A program made the translations under genes and the position numbers. The notes under the pieces were generated by a model. The model saw only the letters and a list, made by a program, of their open reading frames with translations, was not told the origin of the DNA and did no database searches. Below are positions 39,452 through 49,939 of a stretch of 64,000 nt of DNA, in pieces (positions within the stretch are counted from its first letter, which is position 1; every line of letters starts with the position of its first letter). Source of the stretch: Anaerolineales bacterium (GTDB lineage: Bacteria > Chloroflexota > Anaerolineae > JAAEKA01). Where the stretch lies: positions 459,261 to 523,260 of the forward strand of contig JACKBI010000001.1 in the NCBI GenBank assembly GCA_020634615.1. The letters are read 5' to 3'.

Positions 39452-40747
39452 TTATACAACCGGTTCAGCGTAGATGTCCAGTATGACCTTGGCCAGCTTG
39501 GCCGAGTCGTGGCGCCATGGTCGCGCCTCGTCGATCACATCCGCAGTAAGCAGCGTGTAATCGGTGGGAGACTGGGGCGGCAGGGCAACCGGCTTGAGGT
39601 GCGCTTGTTCACCGGTGCTGGCGATGATCCGGTCGTTGGCCAGCACTTCGGGGAAGAGATTGCCGACGTGCCGCTGCAGCGCCCGGACATGGTCTTCGAC
39701 ATCGAAGTCCTCGGTTTCTCCCGGCTGTGTCGCCACGTTGCAGATATAGAGCTTGCGTGCAGTTGAGGCACGAATGGCAGCCGCAACGCTGGGCACCAGC
39801 ACGTTGGGCAGCACACTGGTGAACAGGCTGCCCGGACCGGCGACAATGAAGTCAGCCTGCAAGATCGCTTTGATCGCCTCCGGGTAGGCTGGCACCGACT
39901 CCGGTTCCAGATAGACCCGCTCGATGCGGCTGCGGGCGGCCGGTATCGCCGACTCACCCACTACCCGCTGCCAGCCATAGCCGTTGGTTTCCGACTCGAC
40001 CCGCACATCGGCTGCCAGCGTGACATCTTTCAGCGTGGAAGGAATCACGCGGCCGCGCACGGCCAGAACCCGGCTGGACTCGACGACACCCTGCTCGAAA
40101 CTGCCGGTGATTTCAGCCATGGCGGCGATGAACAGGTTGCCAAAGTTGTGGCCCGCCAGCCCGTACTCATCGGAGAAGCGATACTGAAACAGGTGTCCCG
40201 TGAGGTTTTCAGCCTCGGACAGAGCGACCAGGCATTGGCGGATATCGCCCGGCGGCGGCATGCCAGTTGCCTGTCGCAGCCTGCCCGAACTGCCGCCGTC
40301 ATCGGCAACCGATACGATGGCGGTGATGTTATCGGAATGAACTTTGAGCCCTCGCAGCAGGGTGGACAACCCGGTGCCGCCGCCCATCACCACGATCCGC
40401 GGCCCGCGCCGCCGCTGGTGATGGCGAAAAACCCGCTCGCCGACGTTCTCCTGATTGGGCGCGAGAAAGGGGCGCAGCAGCGACTGGTTGATCTTCAGCA
40501 TGGCCAGCACGATCAATCCGATGCCGAAGCTGCCCAACAACACCGCGCGCGCGGGCCGGCTGATGAACTGCAACGTCAGCCAATAAGAGATCGTGGGAAA
40601 AGTCAGGTCGCTGTAGAGATGCCGCAGCAGGTATGCCAGCCCCAAGCTGACCAGCACGATGCCGAGAATCAGGACAAACAGCCACCGTTTGACGTGCATA
40701 CCTGGCCGCAGCCAGATGAGTGGGGAATTCTGTCCGGGATTGCTCAT
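39452..40747 (-). CDS. YvcK/CofD-like gluconeogenesis factor (UPF0052) with an N-terminal TM extension
   Basis: VVMGGGTGLSTLLRGLK…ITAIVSVADDGGSSGRLR… hallmark. Two hydrophobic helices precede the domain. The start Met was chosen at 40747. Confidence 0.6.
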   Translation of the reverse strand: MSNPGQNSPLIWLRPGMHVKRWLFVLILGIVLVSLGLAYLLRHLYSDLTFPTISYWLTLQFISRPARAVLLGSFGIGLIVLAMLKINQSLLRPFLAPNQENVGERVFRHHQRRRGPRIVVMGGGTGLSTLLRGLKVHSDNITAIVSVADDGGSSGRLRQATGMPPPGDIRQCLVALSEAENLTGHLFQYRFSDEYGLAGHNFGNLFIAAMAEITGSFEQGVVESSRVLAVRGRVIPSTLKDVTLAADVRVESETNGYGWQRVVGESAIPAARSRIERVYLEPESVPAYPEAIKAILQADFIVAGPGSLFTSVLPNVLVPSVAAAIRASTARKLYICNVATQPGETEDFDVEDHVRALQRHVGNLFPEVLANDRIIASTGEQAHLKPVALPPQSPTDYTLLTADVIDEARPWRHDSAKLAKVILDIYAEPVV

Positions 40748-41122
40748 TGACGCCTCCCACTCGAATGTCGAGGGTTCTGGCAGGATTATAGCCGATGCCA
40801 GAGGGCAAGTCAAAGACAATTGTGAGAACCGGTACGGGCCAGCTATAATGAGCGAATGGCGACCGCCAAGGCAACGATTGATGAAAGTTCAGAGTCAATT
40901 TCGGAATTCCGTCGTTCCCGCGCAGACGGGAACCCAGGACGGTGAAGAGTAGATTCCCGCCTACGCGGCGCAAAGCGTGACGAACCACGCCTCCTATCCG
41001 AGTTAAATGCTTAAGGTGTAAGCAGCGTACTTTGAGTGCCATACACCGACACTTGCACATGCGGCGCACGTGCAAGTGTTTCAATCGGTGGATACGGCCA
41101 GAGACCATCCGAACACGAACCT

Positions 41123-41665
41123 ATGCTCCCCACCGGACACGTTGAATTTACCTGGGCTGCGCTGAACGCGATGCAACGCAGCGCCGGGCTTTTCGAAGAT
41201 GTTGACTATCGCCTGATGGCACTCTGCGCAGTGCTACCCGACGCGATCGACAAACCGCTGGCGACCTTTGTGATGACCGACTCTGAAGCCGCGCTGCTAT
41301 TCGGCCACACGGCGCTGCTGCATGGTGGTGTCTGGCTGGCCGTGGCGGCTACCGGTCAGTTGCCGCGTGCTCTGCCCTATCTGCTGGCTTTCTCCGGCCA
41401 TCTGCTGGCCGACCGGATGTGGAGTTTCTCGCAGACGCTGCTGTGGCCGCTGCGTGGCCGCCGGTTTCACCACTGGAAGCATGTCGGATCGCCGTCAGCG
41501 ATCCTGAACGCGTATCTGAAGGTCATCCGCGACGAACCGCTGCTGGTGACGTTCGAAGTTATCGGCGCGGGCTTGCTGGCCTGGTTTGTCATCGACCGCC
41601 AGCTTTGGCAAGCAGAGCAGGTGGCGGAACTGGTGAAAAGCGGGCGCGTGAACGGAAGGAAATGA
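41123..41665 (+). CDS. putative membrane-associated metal-dependent hydrolase (YdjM/DUF457-like, tentative)
   Basis: Spaced His residues (TGHVEFTW, FGHTALLHGG, FSGHLLADRMW) and hydrophobic stretches. Family assignment is by recall only. Confidence 0.35.
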   Translation: MLPTGHVEFTWAALNAMQRSAGLFEDVDYRLMALCAVLPDAIDKPLATFVMTDSEAALLFGHTALLHGGVWLAVAATGQLPRALPYLLAFSGHLLADRMWSFSQTLLWPLRGRRFHHWKHVGSPSAILNAYLKVIRDEPLLVTFEVIGAGLLAWFVIDRQLWQAEQVAELVKSGRVNGRK

Positions 41666-41717
41666 GAGAAATGAGAGAAAGAAGGGGAACTTCGGCAAGC
41701 GAGAGTTCGTTGGATGG

Positions 41718-42305
41718 TTGGCTATGCGGGTGATTGCCGGCACGGCTAAGGGGCGGTCGCTGCTGAGTGTGCCGGGCGACTCGACTCGCCCCATCACCGA
41801 CCGAGTCAAGACGGCGGTGTTCAGCATCCTCGTGTCACAGGGTGTCGTTGTTGGCACGCGCTGGCTGGATCTGTTCGGCGGCACCGGCGCAGTGGGCATC
41901 GAGGCGCTCAGCCGCGGCGCGGCCGAGGTTGTCTTTGTGGAACGCAGCAACCAGGCCATTCGCGTCCTTGGGCAGAACCTGAGCCAAACCGGCGTCTCCG
42001 ACCGCTCCCATGTCGTCCGTGGCGACGCATTCGACTACCTGCGCAAACCCGCCCTCGCGCCCTTCGACCTGATCTACGTTGCGCCACCCCAGTATCAATC
42101 ACTTTGGCAAAAGGCCTTGCTGCTGATCGACAGCCGGCCCGACCTGCTGACGGCAGGCGGGCAGGTGGTGGTGCAGATCCACCCCAAAGAAGATGACCCT
42201 GAGCTGTCGCTGATCAATCTGGTGCGCTACGATGAGCGGCAGTACGGCTCGACCCGACTGATGTTTTACGAACCGGCACAGGAAGGCAGCCAACTACCAG
42301 ATTGA
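41718..42305 (+). CDS. rsmD: 16S rRNA (guanine966-N2)-methyltransferase RsmD
   Basis: MRVIAGTAKGRSL…DRVKTAVFSIL…LDLFGGTGAVGIEALSRGA…VFVERS… is a typical RsmD sequence of ~190 aa. Confidence 0.7.
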   Translation: MAMRVIAGTAKGRSLLSVPGDSTRPITDRVKTAVFSILVSQGVVVGTRWLDLFGGTGAVGIEALSRGAAEVVFVERSNQAIRVLGQNLSQTGVSDRSHVVRGDAFDYLRKPALAPFDLIYVAPPQYQSLWQKALLLIDSRPDLLTAGGQVVVQIHPKEDDPELSLINLVRYDERQYGSTRLMFYEPAQEGSQLPD

Positions 42306-42577
42306 CCCACATTTGGTAGACTGAGAATTGCTTCTGCTTCCCTTGTGCGCGGCAGTCAGGCTATTTATGGCCTGGCTGCCGTGTGTTTTGTTGGCCAGCA
42401 ACCTCGCTGCGCCGCTCCAGCAAGACCACATCACGCCAGACACCGGCTATTTGCCCCAGGCGCGCGCGAACGCCGCCTGACCGCTGGCAACTCCCTCCGA
42501 ATGTATTACCCTGACCGCAGGCCGGTCCTCTGGACAGTGAATACGCGTGACGATCACGGGGTGAAATCGGTGCGTGA

Positions 42578-42973
42578 CTATGCAGGCGCCTCGGACTCAA
42601 CAGCCTGATCATCGAATGGGTTGATGACATCAAGATTTTGTATCCACGCGAAATCAGAAATATTGCGAGTTAGCAACGGCACGGCCTGCTTCAGCGCCGT
42701 TGCTGCAATCAGAGAATCAGCTAGTCCCATCTTGCGCTGCTGGCGAAGTGCAATGGCAAGCTCAATTATGGGCGGCGTCACAGGAATCTGATGTATGACG
42801 TCGAAGACACCCTGGAACATGTCCTGTTCAGCGGACGTAAGCCTGTGGTATCCCAACACTTCCAGCTTGGTGATGACAGAGACAGATACAGAGCGATCCA
42901 GCATCATATCGCGAATAAACGCATTCTCTGGTTGAGCGGCATAGATCACGATGTTGGAGTCGAGAAGCATCAT
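42578..42973 (-). CDS. vapC: PIN-domain toxin VapC
   Basis: MMLLDSNIVIY… with conserved acidic residues (D5, E, D near the C-terminal NISDF). 4-nt overlap with the upstream antitoxin gene. Confidence 0.65.
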   Translation of the reverse strand: MMLLDSNIVIYAAQPENAFIRDMMLDRSVSVSVITKLEVLGYHRLTSAEQDMFQGVFDVIHQIPVTPPIIELAIALRQQRKMGLADSLIAATALKQAVPLLTRNISDFAWIQNLDVINPFDDQAVESEAPA

Positions 42974-43239
42974 GTGTCTTCGCGCCCCGGCAGCGGTCTG
43001 TCGCTCCGCTGACCACGCTGCCAGGCTACAGGATCTTCAATGCTCGCAATGCCACCAGCCTCCGCCATTTGCTGAAGCAACCTGGCTAACTCTGTGCCGT
43101 TGGACGCCACGTCTCGCCAATTCCCATTCTCTTCGATAGGCACTATGGTAACCTCGACCTGTCGATCCATGAATTCGACCGGCACTGGAATCGTAACCGT
43201 ATCACCGGTCACCGTAGTGAAAGTTGTTAGTGCTACCAT
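42970..43239 (-). CDS. vapB: AbrB/MazE-type antitoxin VapB
   Basis: 89 aa with a swapped-hairpin-like N-terminus (TVTIPVPVEFMDRQVEVTIVPIEE). ATGA overlap with vapC. Confidence 0.5.
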   Translation of the reverse strand: MVALTTFTTVTGDTVTIPVPVEFMDRQVEVTIVPIEENGNWRDVASNGTELARLLQQMAEAGGIASIEDPVAWQRGQRSDRPLPGREDT

Positions 43240-43357
43240 CTATTGCCTCCATCAAGATCTCACGAAGTGTCGATGACAACCAGGCAGAATCTTACCGTAA
43301 TTGGCCGAAAATGCCAAGCATTGCGGCTTTCGTACCGCTGGTTGTTGGTCACACAAG

Positions 43358-44149
43358 TTATCGCCCGCGCCACCAATCTTTGCGTGAGCGGGGATCCATG
43401 AATGTGCCCGAGTCGCGGATGGCTACGCCAATGGCTGTCGAGGCTGCACGGGCGAAGGGCTGTCCCGGCCGCAAAGCTGGCAGGCGACTGCGCCCCGCGG
43501 CATCCATCGTCTCGTAAAGCGTCAACAGCTCCGGGTCAACACAGATGTCTTCCAGGTGCAGCGTAAATCCGTGAACCACGTTGTCATTGCGCGTGTACTT
43601 GAGCGTTATGCGCTCCGGCGTCGCGTAGAGAACCAGCACTTCGTAGCCGCTGCCGATGGTATAGCCAGAGTCAGGGACACGGATCAACTCGCCGGGCACG
43701 GTTGCCAGCTCGGCCAGCGTTACCGGCGGGTAGGCCAGCAGATCGCCGCGGCAGTTGCATGCCCAGTTCCAGTCGTAGACGCGGTGCAGGCTGGTGAATT
43801 CCCCCGTGCGCTGGTCGCTGAACAGGCCGTAAAGCTGCGGCGCGAGCGGGTCTGTGGCTCCGCCGTAGTCCACCAGACCCAGCGCGCCGCTGGTCGGCGC
43901 GTAGCTGCGCAGCGCCAGGTTGAGGTCGGCGTGCTCGGCGGCCGGCCGGTCGGTCGGCGGCGGCTCAACGGTGATGGCGGCATAGCTTTCGCCCGTGTCA
44001 GCCGGGCAGCGAGTCGAAGTGGTGATCAGCGGCAGGAAAAGCTGTGGTGGGAGGACTTCCTGCGCACGAATGCTGCCGGGACTTGGGATGATAAGCAGCA
44101 GGAAGACAGCCAGAGCAGCTCGCCGGCGTGTCACCCTCAATCGTCCCAC
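43358..44149 (-). CDS. secreted hypothetical protein
   Basis: Signal peptide (RRRAALAVFLLLIIPSPGSIRAQE). Cys-containing mature region. No family recognised. Confidence 0.45.
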   Translation of the reverse strand: MGRLRVTRRRAALAVFLLLIIPSPGSIRAQEVLPPQLFLPLITTSTRCPADTGESYAAITVEPPPTDRPAAEHADLNLALRSYAPTSGALGLVDYGGATDPLAPQLYGLFSDQRTGEFTSLHRVYDWNWACNCRGDLLAYPPVTLAELATVPGELIRVPDSGYTIGSGYEVLVLYATPERITLKYTRNDNVVHGFTLHLEDICVDPELLTLYETMDAAGRSRLPALRPGQPFARAASTAIGVAIRDSGTFMDPRSRKDWWRGR

Positions 44150-44910
44150 TCCTCGTCGCCCTCGTCCTCGTCGTCTTCGTCGTCCTCCCAGTCCGCGTAT
44201 TGCGGTGGTGCTTCGCCGATCGCTTCCACGATACGCGGATATTCGACGCCTGGCTCACCCTCGTCGTTGATCTTGTGTACTTTCACCTCGAACCGCCACT
44301 CATCGCCGTAATCGAACAGATACATGAATGACTGGCCAGGAACAAGTTCCAGCGAAGCCACAGTGGCTTCACGCGCATCGCCCTGGATGTCCTCATCGTC
44401 ATCGAACATGCCTTCCAGCATGCCTTCGGGCAGCATTCCCATCAACGAGTCGGCGTTCTTGAGCATCATGTCGGCCATCAATGCAGGGATGCCGGTCTGC
44501 TCGGACATCAGTTTCACCATCTGCCCGCGCAGCTCAGCGTTGGTGCTGATCATGCTGAGCATCTCCTCAAACGACTGCGGAGGTGGTGTGTCGCCCAGCG
44601 ACTTGCGCAGGGCTTCAGCAGCCTCAGCATCGATCTCAGCTTCGAAGTCGTCATACTCTTCGTCGGGATCGATGGTCTCGGTCTCATCAGGGGAATCGAC
44701 TTCGAAGGCATCTTCCGGCAGTGAATATTCGCTGGAGCGATCCCAGGCTTTGCCACTCATAAAGAACGAGTAGAGGTGGTCCCCGTCAAAGTCGAACGCT
44801 TCCTGGATCGCCCAGTGCAGGTCATCGAGGGTCTGGCCCTCGGCGACCTCGATCTTGCGCCATACGCGTCCGGTGCCGGGAATGCTGACGTGGAAGGTGT
44901 AGGTTTTCAT
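44137..44910 (-). CDS. pRiA4b ORF-3-like (PF07929-like) protein with a long acidic insert and tail
   Basis: N-terminal YTFHVSIPGTGRVWRKIEVAEGQTLDDLHWAIQEAFDFDGDHLYSFF and C-terminal LVPGQSFMYLFDYGDEWRFEVKVHKI fit the split PRiA4_ORF3 fold. Poly-acidic C-terminus. Confidence 0.45.
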   Translation of the reverse strand: MKTYTFHVSIPGTGRVWRKIEVAEGQTLDDLHWAIQEAFDFDGDHLYSFFMSGKAWDRSSEYSLPEDAFEVDSPDETETIDPDEEYDDFEAEIDAEAAEALRKSLGDTPPPQSFEEMLSMISTNAELRGQMVKLMSEQTGIPALMADMMLKNADSLMGMLPEGMLEGMFDDDEDIQGDAREATVASLELVPGQSFMYLFDYGDEWRFEVKVHKINDEGEPGVEYPRIVEAIGEAPPQYADWEDDEDDEDEGDEEWDD

Positions 44911-45004
44911 CGCGTTCCTCGTGTATGTGAATCAAAGAGACGAGACACGTCTCCCATGAGATGTCTCGCCTCCTGTTATACTGAATTTGACGCGCTGGTC
45001 AAAC

Positions 45005-45850
45005 TTACCGCTCGATGGGAACTCCCACCAGATTGCCCCACTCGGTCCAGCTCCCGTCGTAGTTGCGCACGTTGGGGTAGCCCAGCAGGTAGGTCAACAC
45101 GAACCAGGTGTGGCTGGAGCGCTCGCCAATGCGGCAGTAGGCCACGACGTTGTCATCGTGATGCAAGCCCTGCTCCTCTTCATAGATCGCGCGCAGCTCG
45201 TCGGCCGACTTGAAGGTGCCATCGGCGTTGGCAGCCCGACTCCAGGGAACGCTCTTCGCGCCGGGGATGTGCCCGCCGCGCATCGCGCCTTCCTGCGGAT
45301 AGTTGGGCATGTGCAGCATCTCGCCGCTGTACTCGCCCGGCGAACGGACATCCACCAGCGGCTGGCCGGCCAGCACGTGCGCCATGACCTGATCACGGAA
45401 GGCGCGGATCTTGTAATCGGCGCGCGCCTGGGCATGGTAGGAAGCAGCGGGGTAGCTGGGCACGTCCTTGACCATGGGACGCCCTTCGGCTTCCCATTTG
45501 GCGCGCCCACCGTCCATCACCTTGGCGTTGACATGGCCGAAGAGGTTGAACACCCAGAACGCATAGCAAGCCCACCAGTTGTTTTTATCGCCGTAGAACA
45601 CGACCGTGGTGTCGTTGCCGATGCCGTTTGCCGACAACAGCGCTTCGAACTTCTCGCGTGTCAGGTAGTCTCGTCGGACGGCGTCGTTGAGATCCTTCTG
45701 CCAGTCGATCTGCACCGCGCCGGGGATGTGCCCAATGTCATACAGTAAGATGTCTTCGTTGGACTCAACGATACGAACCGACGGATCCTTCAGGTGTTCG
45801 GCGACCCAATCGGTCGTCACCAGCACCTCGGGATGAACGTAACCCTTCAT
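45005..45850 (-). CDS. sseA: thiosulfate/3-mercaptopyruvate sulfurtransferase (tandem rhodanese domains)
   Basis: Two rhodanese modules with the catalytic [11 protein letters not shown] motif. 281 aa. Confidence 0.7.
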   Translation of the reverse strand: MKGYVHPEVLVTTDWVAEHLKDPSVRIVESNEDILLYDIGHIPGAVQIDWQKDLNDAVRRDYLTREKFEALLSANGIGNDTTVVFYGDKNNWWACYAFWVFNLFGHVNAKVMDGGRAKWEAEGRPMVKDVPSYPAASYHAQARADYKIRAFRDQVMAHVLAGQPLVDVRSPGEYSGEMLHMPNYPQEGAMRGGHIPGAKSVPWSRAANADGTFKSADELRAIYEEEQGLHHDDNVVAYCRIGERSSHTWFVLTYLLGYPNVRNYDGSWTEWGNLVGVPIER

Positions 45851-45874
45851 TCTTACACTCCCTTTTCTCGGAAA

Positions 45875-46004
45875 GTAATCGGTAATCAGTGATCAGTAAC
45901 AAGCAATCTGTGATCAGCAACCGGACATCCACAATCTCCGTCAGCTTGCCGCTAATCACTGGCTACTGGTTACTGATCACCGATCACTGATTACCGATCA
46001 CCGG
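45875..46004. repeat. heptamer tandem arrays in inverted orientation (GTAATCG GTAATCA GTGATCA GTAACAA… and …GTTACTG ATCACCG ATCACTG ATTACCG ATCACCG) flanking a ~45 bp spacer
   Basis: 7-bp periodicity and arm complementarity seen directly, between the rhodanese gene start and the sufD stop. Confidence 0.5.
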
Positions 46005-46005
46005 T

Positions 46006-47327
46006 CTACATGTGGATCTTGCGCGCGATGACTTGTTCGAGCTTGCGCCGCACGCCTTCGACCGGCACGCGGTTGAGCACTTCCTCGAAGAAGCCGGTGA
46101 CGATCATCTGCTCGGCCTGGAACTTGCTCAGCCCGCGCGCCATAAGATAGAAAAGGTACTCCGGTTCGATCTTGCTGATAGTCGCGCCGTGCGTACAGCG
46201 CACGTCGTCAGCTTCGATCTCCAAACCGGGGATGCTGTCGGCGCGCGCACGCCGGTCCAAAACCAGATTGTTGTTCTTCTGGTATGCATCGGTCTTCTGG
46301 GCATGCGGCCAGACCTTGATGCTCCCTGAGTAAACCGAGCGAGCACGGTCGCGCAGCGCGCCCTTGAAGAGCAGGTCGCTGGTGCAGTGGTCGGCGAAGT
46401 GGTTCTGCATGGTGTGGTGGTCGATGTGCTGGCGCCCGCTGGGGAAGTAAAGTCCCAGCAACTCGCCGTGCCCCCCGCGCTCCAGCATCTGCATCTCCAG
46501 GTTGATCTTGCTGAGCTTGCTGCCCCAGGAGCTGAGAATCCAGGTCAACTGGGCGTCGCGCAACATCTGCGCCTGCTGGGTGCTGAAGTGCCACGTGTTG
46601 GTATTCCAGTCCTGACCGTGCATGTAGCGCACGACTGCACCGGGGCGGGCGAAGATCTCGACCACGCCGCTGTGGAAAGCTGCGCCGTTGTCCTTGCTGA
46701 TCAGGTCATCGACGTAGGTGACCTGGCTGTTTTCTTCGGCGATGATGAGCGTGTGCGCAAAGTCTGCCACACCGCTGCTGATCGAGGTGACGCCATGAAA
46801 TGGCAGTTCGATCTGCACATTGCGCGGCACGTAGAGCACCGTCCGCCGGTGACCGGCGCGGCATGCAGTGCAGTGAACTTGTTCACGTCCACCGCGACAT
46901 TGTCAGTCATGAAATGCTTCTGGATCAGCTCAGGATGCTGACGAATGGCGGTGTCGAGGTCGGTGAAGATGACACCCTTGGCCGTCAGCTCGTTGTCGAT
47001 ACCGTGGTAGCGCACGGCGCCGTCTTCGGTCACCAGCGCCGCGGCAGCGTTGATCGACTCAAGCTCTTCCCGCAGCGCAGGCGTCAGATCAGCGACATCA
47101 CCGCGCATGTCGTCAGCGGTGGCTGCCAGCTTGAATTTGGCGATGTCCAGCCCGGTCAGCCGGGTGCGCCGCCATTCCTCTTCCTCGCCGGTCGGCCACG
47201 GAATCTCTTCAAAGAAACGCCAGGCGCGATGACGAAGGTCAGTGAACCAGATCGGTTCCTGTTTCTGCTGCGAGAGCGAGCCAACGGCCGCCGCGCTGTC
47301 CAGTCCGATCTCACTCTTAGTTAGCAC
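46006..47327 (-). pseudogene. sufD: Fe-S cluster assembly protein SufD, disrupted by a frameshift near 46845
   Basis: Two overlapping ORF fragments (47327-46701 and 46839-46006) both match SufD. The junction …ALHAAPVTGG / VLYVPRNVQIELPFHG needs 1 nt restored at GGCGGAC-GGTG. Confidence 0.6.
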
Positions 47328-47361
47328 TTGTAGCAGTCATATCTGTATCTCAAATGGGCAA

Positions 47362-47466
47362 GGAATGGAAGTGGACGGGTAGACAGGTGAACAAGTAAAC
47401 AGGTTTACAGGTCGCTTCTCGGTTTCCCTGTCTACCTGTTTACTTCCGTTTCCTTGTTTCCTTTTT
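47362..47466. repeat. octamer tandem arrays in inverted orientation (GGTAGACA GGTGAACA AGTAAACA GGTTTACA … CCTGTCTA CCTGTTTA CTTCCGTT TCCTTGTT)
   Basis: 8-bp periodicity seen directly, in the sufB-sufD intergenic spacer. Confidence 0.45.
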
Positions 47467-47472
47467 CCAATA

Positions 47473-48877
47473 CTACCTTCCATCTGCTGGCTGGATCAGC
47501 CGGTTCATCTCGACCGCGTATTCCATGGGCAGTTCCTTGACCATCGGCTCGATGAAGCCGCTGACGATCATGGTGGCCGCCTCTTCCTCGTTCAGGCCGC
47601 AGCTCATCAGGTAGAAGATCTGCTCTTCGTTGACCTTGCTGACGCTGGCCTCGTGGCCGACTTGCACGTCCTGCTCGTCGATCTCGATATACGGGTAGGT
47701 GTCGGAGCGGCTGTGGTCATCCAGCAGCAGCGCGTCGCAGACGACCGTCGACTTGGAGCCGGTGGCGCCCTTGGCGACCTTCAGCAGGCCGCGATAGCTG
47801 GCCCGCCCGCCGTTCTTGCTGATCGACTTGGAATGATCTTGGACGAGGTGTCCAGGCGCGCCGTGCACCACCTTGCCGCCGGCGTCCGGGTCTGGCCCTG
47901 GCCGGCGAACGCGATGGACAGGATCTCACCATGGGCGCGGCCCCATCATGTAGACTGCCGGGTACTTCATGGTCACCTTGGGCCCAGATTGGCATCGATC
48001 CACTCCATGGTCGCGTCCTCATAGGCCATGGCGCGCGGTCACCAGATTGTTGTAAACGTTGTTGGACCAGTTCTGAATGGTCGAGTAGCAGCAGCGCAAC
48101 CGCCTTTTTGACCACGATCTCGACGACGGCGCTGTGCAGCGAGTCGCTGGCGTAGATCGGCGCGGTGCAGCCTTCGACGTAGTGGACGTTGGCGCCCTCT
48201 TCGACGATGATCAGCGTGCGCTCGAACTGGCCCATGTTTCTGGGCGTTGATGCGGAAGTAGGCCTGCAAGGGGGAATGTCAACCGTCACGCTTTCGGCAC
48301 GTAGACAGAAGCTGCCACCCGACCAGACGGCCGAATTCAGCGCTGCAAACTTGTTGTCTGACGGCGGGATGATCGAGCCAAAGTACTCGCGGAAGATGTC
48401 TTCATGTTCGCGCAGGCCACTGTCGGTGTCCAGGAAGATGACGCCCAGATTGGTCCACACTTCCTGCAGCGAGTGGTAAACCACTTCGGACTCGTACTGC
48501 GCCAACGCCGGCCAGGAAGTTGCGCTCCGCTTCGGGAATGCCCAGACGCTCAAAGGTGTTCTTCATGCTGTCTGGCATGTCATCCCAGCTCGTGCCAGCC
48601 TTTTCGGTGGGCTTGAGGTAATAGTAGATGTCGTCGAACTGGATCTCGCTCAGGTCAGCGCCCCACGTGGGCATTGGCTTGGACAAGAAGATGTCCAGCG
48701 AGCGGTGGCGAAGTCACGCATCCACTCCGGTTCATTCTTCATGACCGAAATCTGATCCACGATCTCGTGATCGAGACCCCTGCGCGACTTGAAGACGTAC
48801 TCCTCCGGCATGCTGAAGCCGTACATGTACTCGTCTTTTACGCCAGCCAGTGCTTCGCGGTCACTTGTTGTTGCCAT
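47473..48877 (-). pseudogene. sufB: Fe-S cluster assembly protein SufB, fragmented into at least 4 ORF pieces by multiple frameshifts
   Basis: Fragments carry the SufB N-terminus (…YGFSMPEEYVFKSRRGLDHEIVDQISVMKNEPEWM…), middle (…[29 protein letters not shown]…) and C-terminus (…DEQDVQVGHEASVSKVNEEQIFYLMSCG…), with nonsense stretches between them. Confidence 0.65.
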
Positions 48878-48938
48878 GGTGTTCTCCTATGGAATCAGGC
48901 CCGGTTTGTGCGGCGCCTGGATTACTCGTCGTGTGTCG

Positions 48939-49047
48939 CCAGTAAACAGTGAACAGTGTCCAGTAAACAGTTTTCAGAAGATCTCTTGCAAAACAGTGAC
49001 CTCTGGTTCCGGTCACCGATTACTGATCACTGGTTACCGATTACCGT
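48939..49047. repeat. heptamer tandem arrays (CAGTAAA CAGTGAA CAGTGTC CAGTAAA CAGTTTT … TCACCG ATTACTG ATCACTG GTTACCG ATTACCG) in the sufC-sufB spacer
   Basis: Same repeat family as 45875-46004 (shared TTACCGATTAC / TGATCAC modules). Confidence 0.5.
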
Positions 49048-49048
49048 C

Positions 49049-49874
49049 CTACGCCGCCACCAGCTCCGGCTCGCCAAACTCATCGCGCACCGACTGGTAG
49101 CCCTGGGCTTCCAGTTCGTGAGCAACTTCGATACCGCCGCTCTTGACGATGCGGCCGTTGTAGAAGACGTGGACGAAGTGCGGCTGCACATAGTTCAGGA
49201 TCTGCTGATAATGGGTGATCAGCAGAATGCCGAGGTTCGGTCCGGCCAGCTTGTTGACCCCCATCAGAGACAACACGCAGCGCGTCGGATGTCCAGCCCG
49301 CTGTCGGTCTCGTCCATGATGGCGATCTTGGCTGAAGCATGGCCATCTGCGGGGATCTCGACCCGTTTCTTCTCCGCCGCCGCTGAACCCTTCGTTCAGG
49401 TAGCGCTTGGCGAAGTCGCGATCGACGTGGAACTCGTCCATCTTGTCCAGCAGCTCGCGGCGAAAATCGCGCATCGGCATCAAATTGGAACCGATGACAC
49501 CCTGGCGGCCATCGCCGTCGGCAGGCTTGTCGGTGAAACCGCGCATGTTGCTGACAGCAGTGCGCAGGAAGTTGGCCATGCTGACGCCAGGGACGGCGAC
49601 AGGGTACTGGAACGCCAGAAACAGGCCCTTGCGCGCCCGCTCGTTAGGCTCCATATCCAGAACGCTTTCACCGTCCAGCAGAATATCGCCCTCGGTCACT
49701 GTGTAATGGGGTGACCCATGATAGCGTAGGACAGGGTACTCTTGCCGGAACCATTGGGACCCATCAATGCGTGGATCTCGCCCTGGCGGACGGTCAGATT
49801 GACGCCCTTCAACACTTCCTTCCGCCGTCGTTGACCGCCACGTGAAGGTTCTGAATAACTAGCTCACTCGTCAT
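49049..49874 (-). pseudogene. sufC: Fe-S cluster assembly ATPase SufC with several frameshifts
   Basis: The true N-terminus [18 protein letters not shown]… is out of frame with Walker [12 protein letters not shown], with …[13 protein letters not shown]… and with MAMLQP…DALRVVS. Each shift falls at a C- or G-homopolymer. Confidence 0.65.
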
Positions 49875-49939
49875 GGAAACGTATCTCCTTGAAAAAATTT
49901 TGTCTTGCTTACCTGGTAGATTGAAATTTGGTAGATCGG

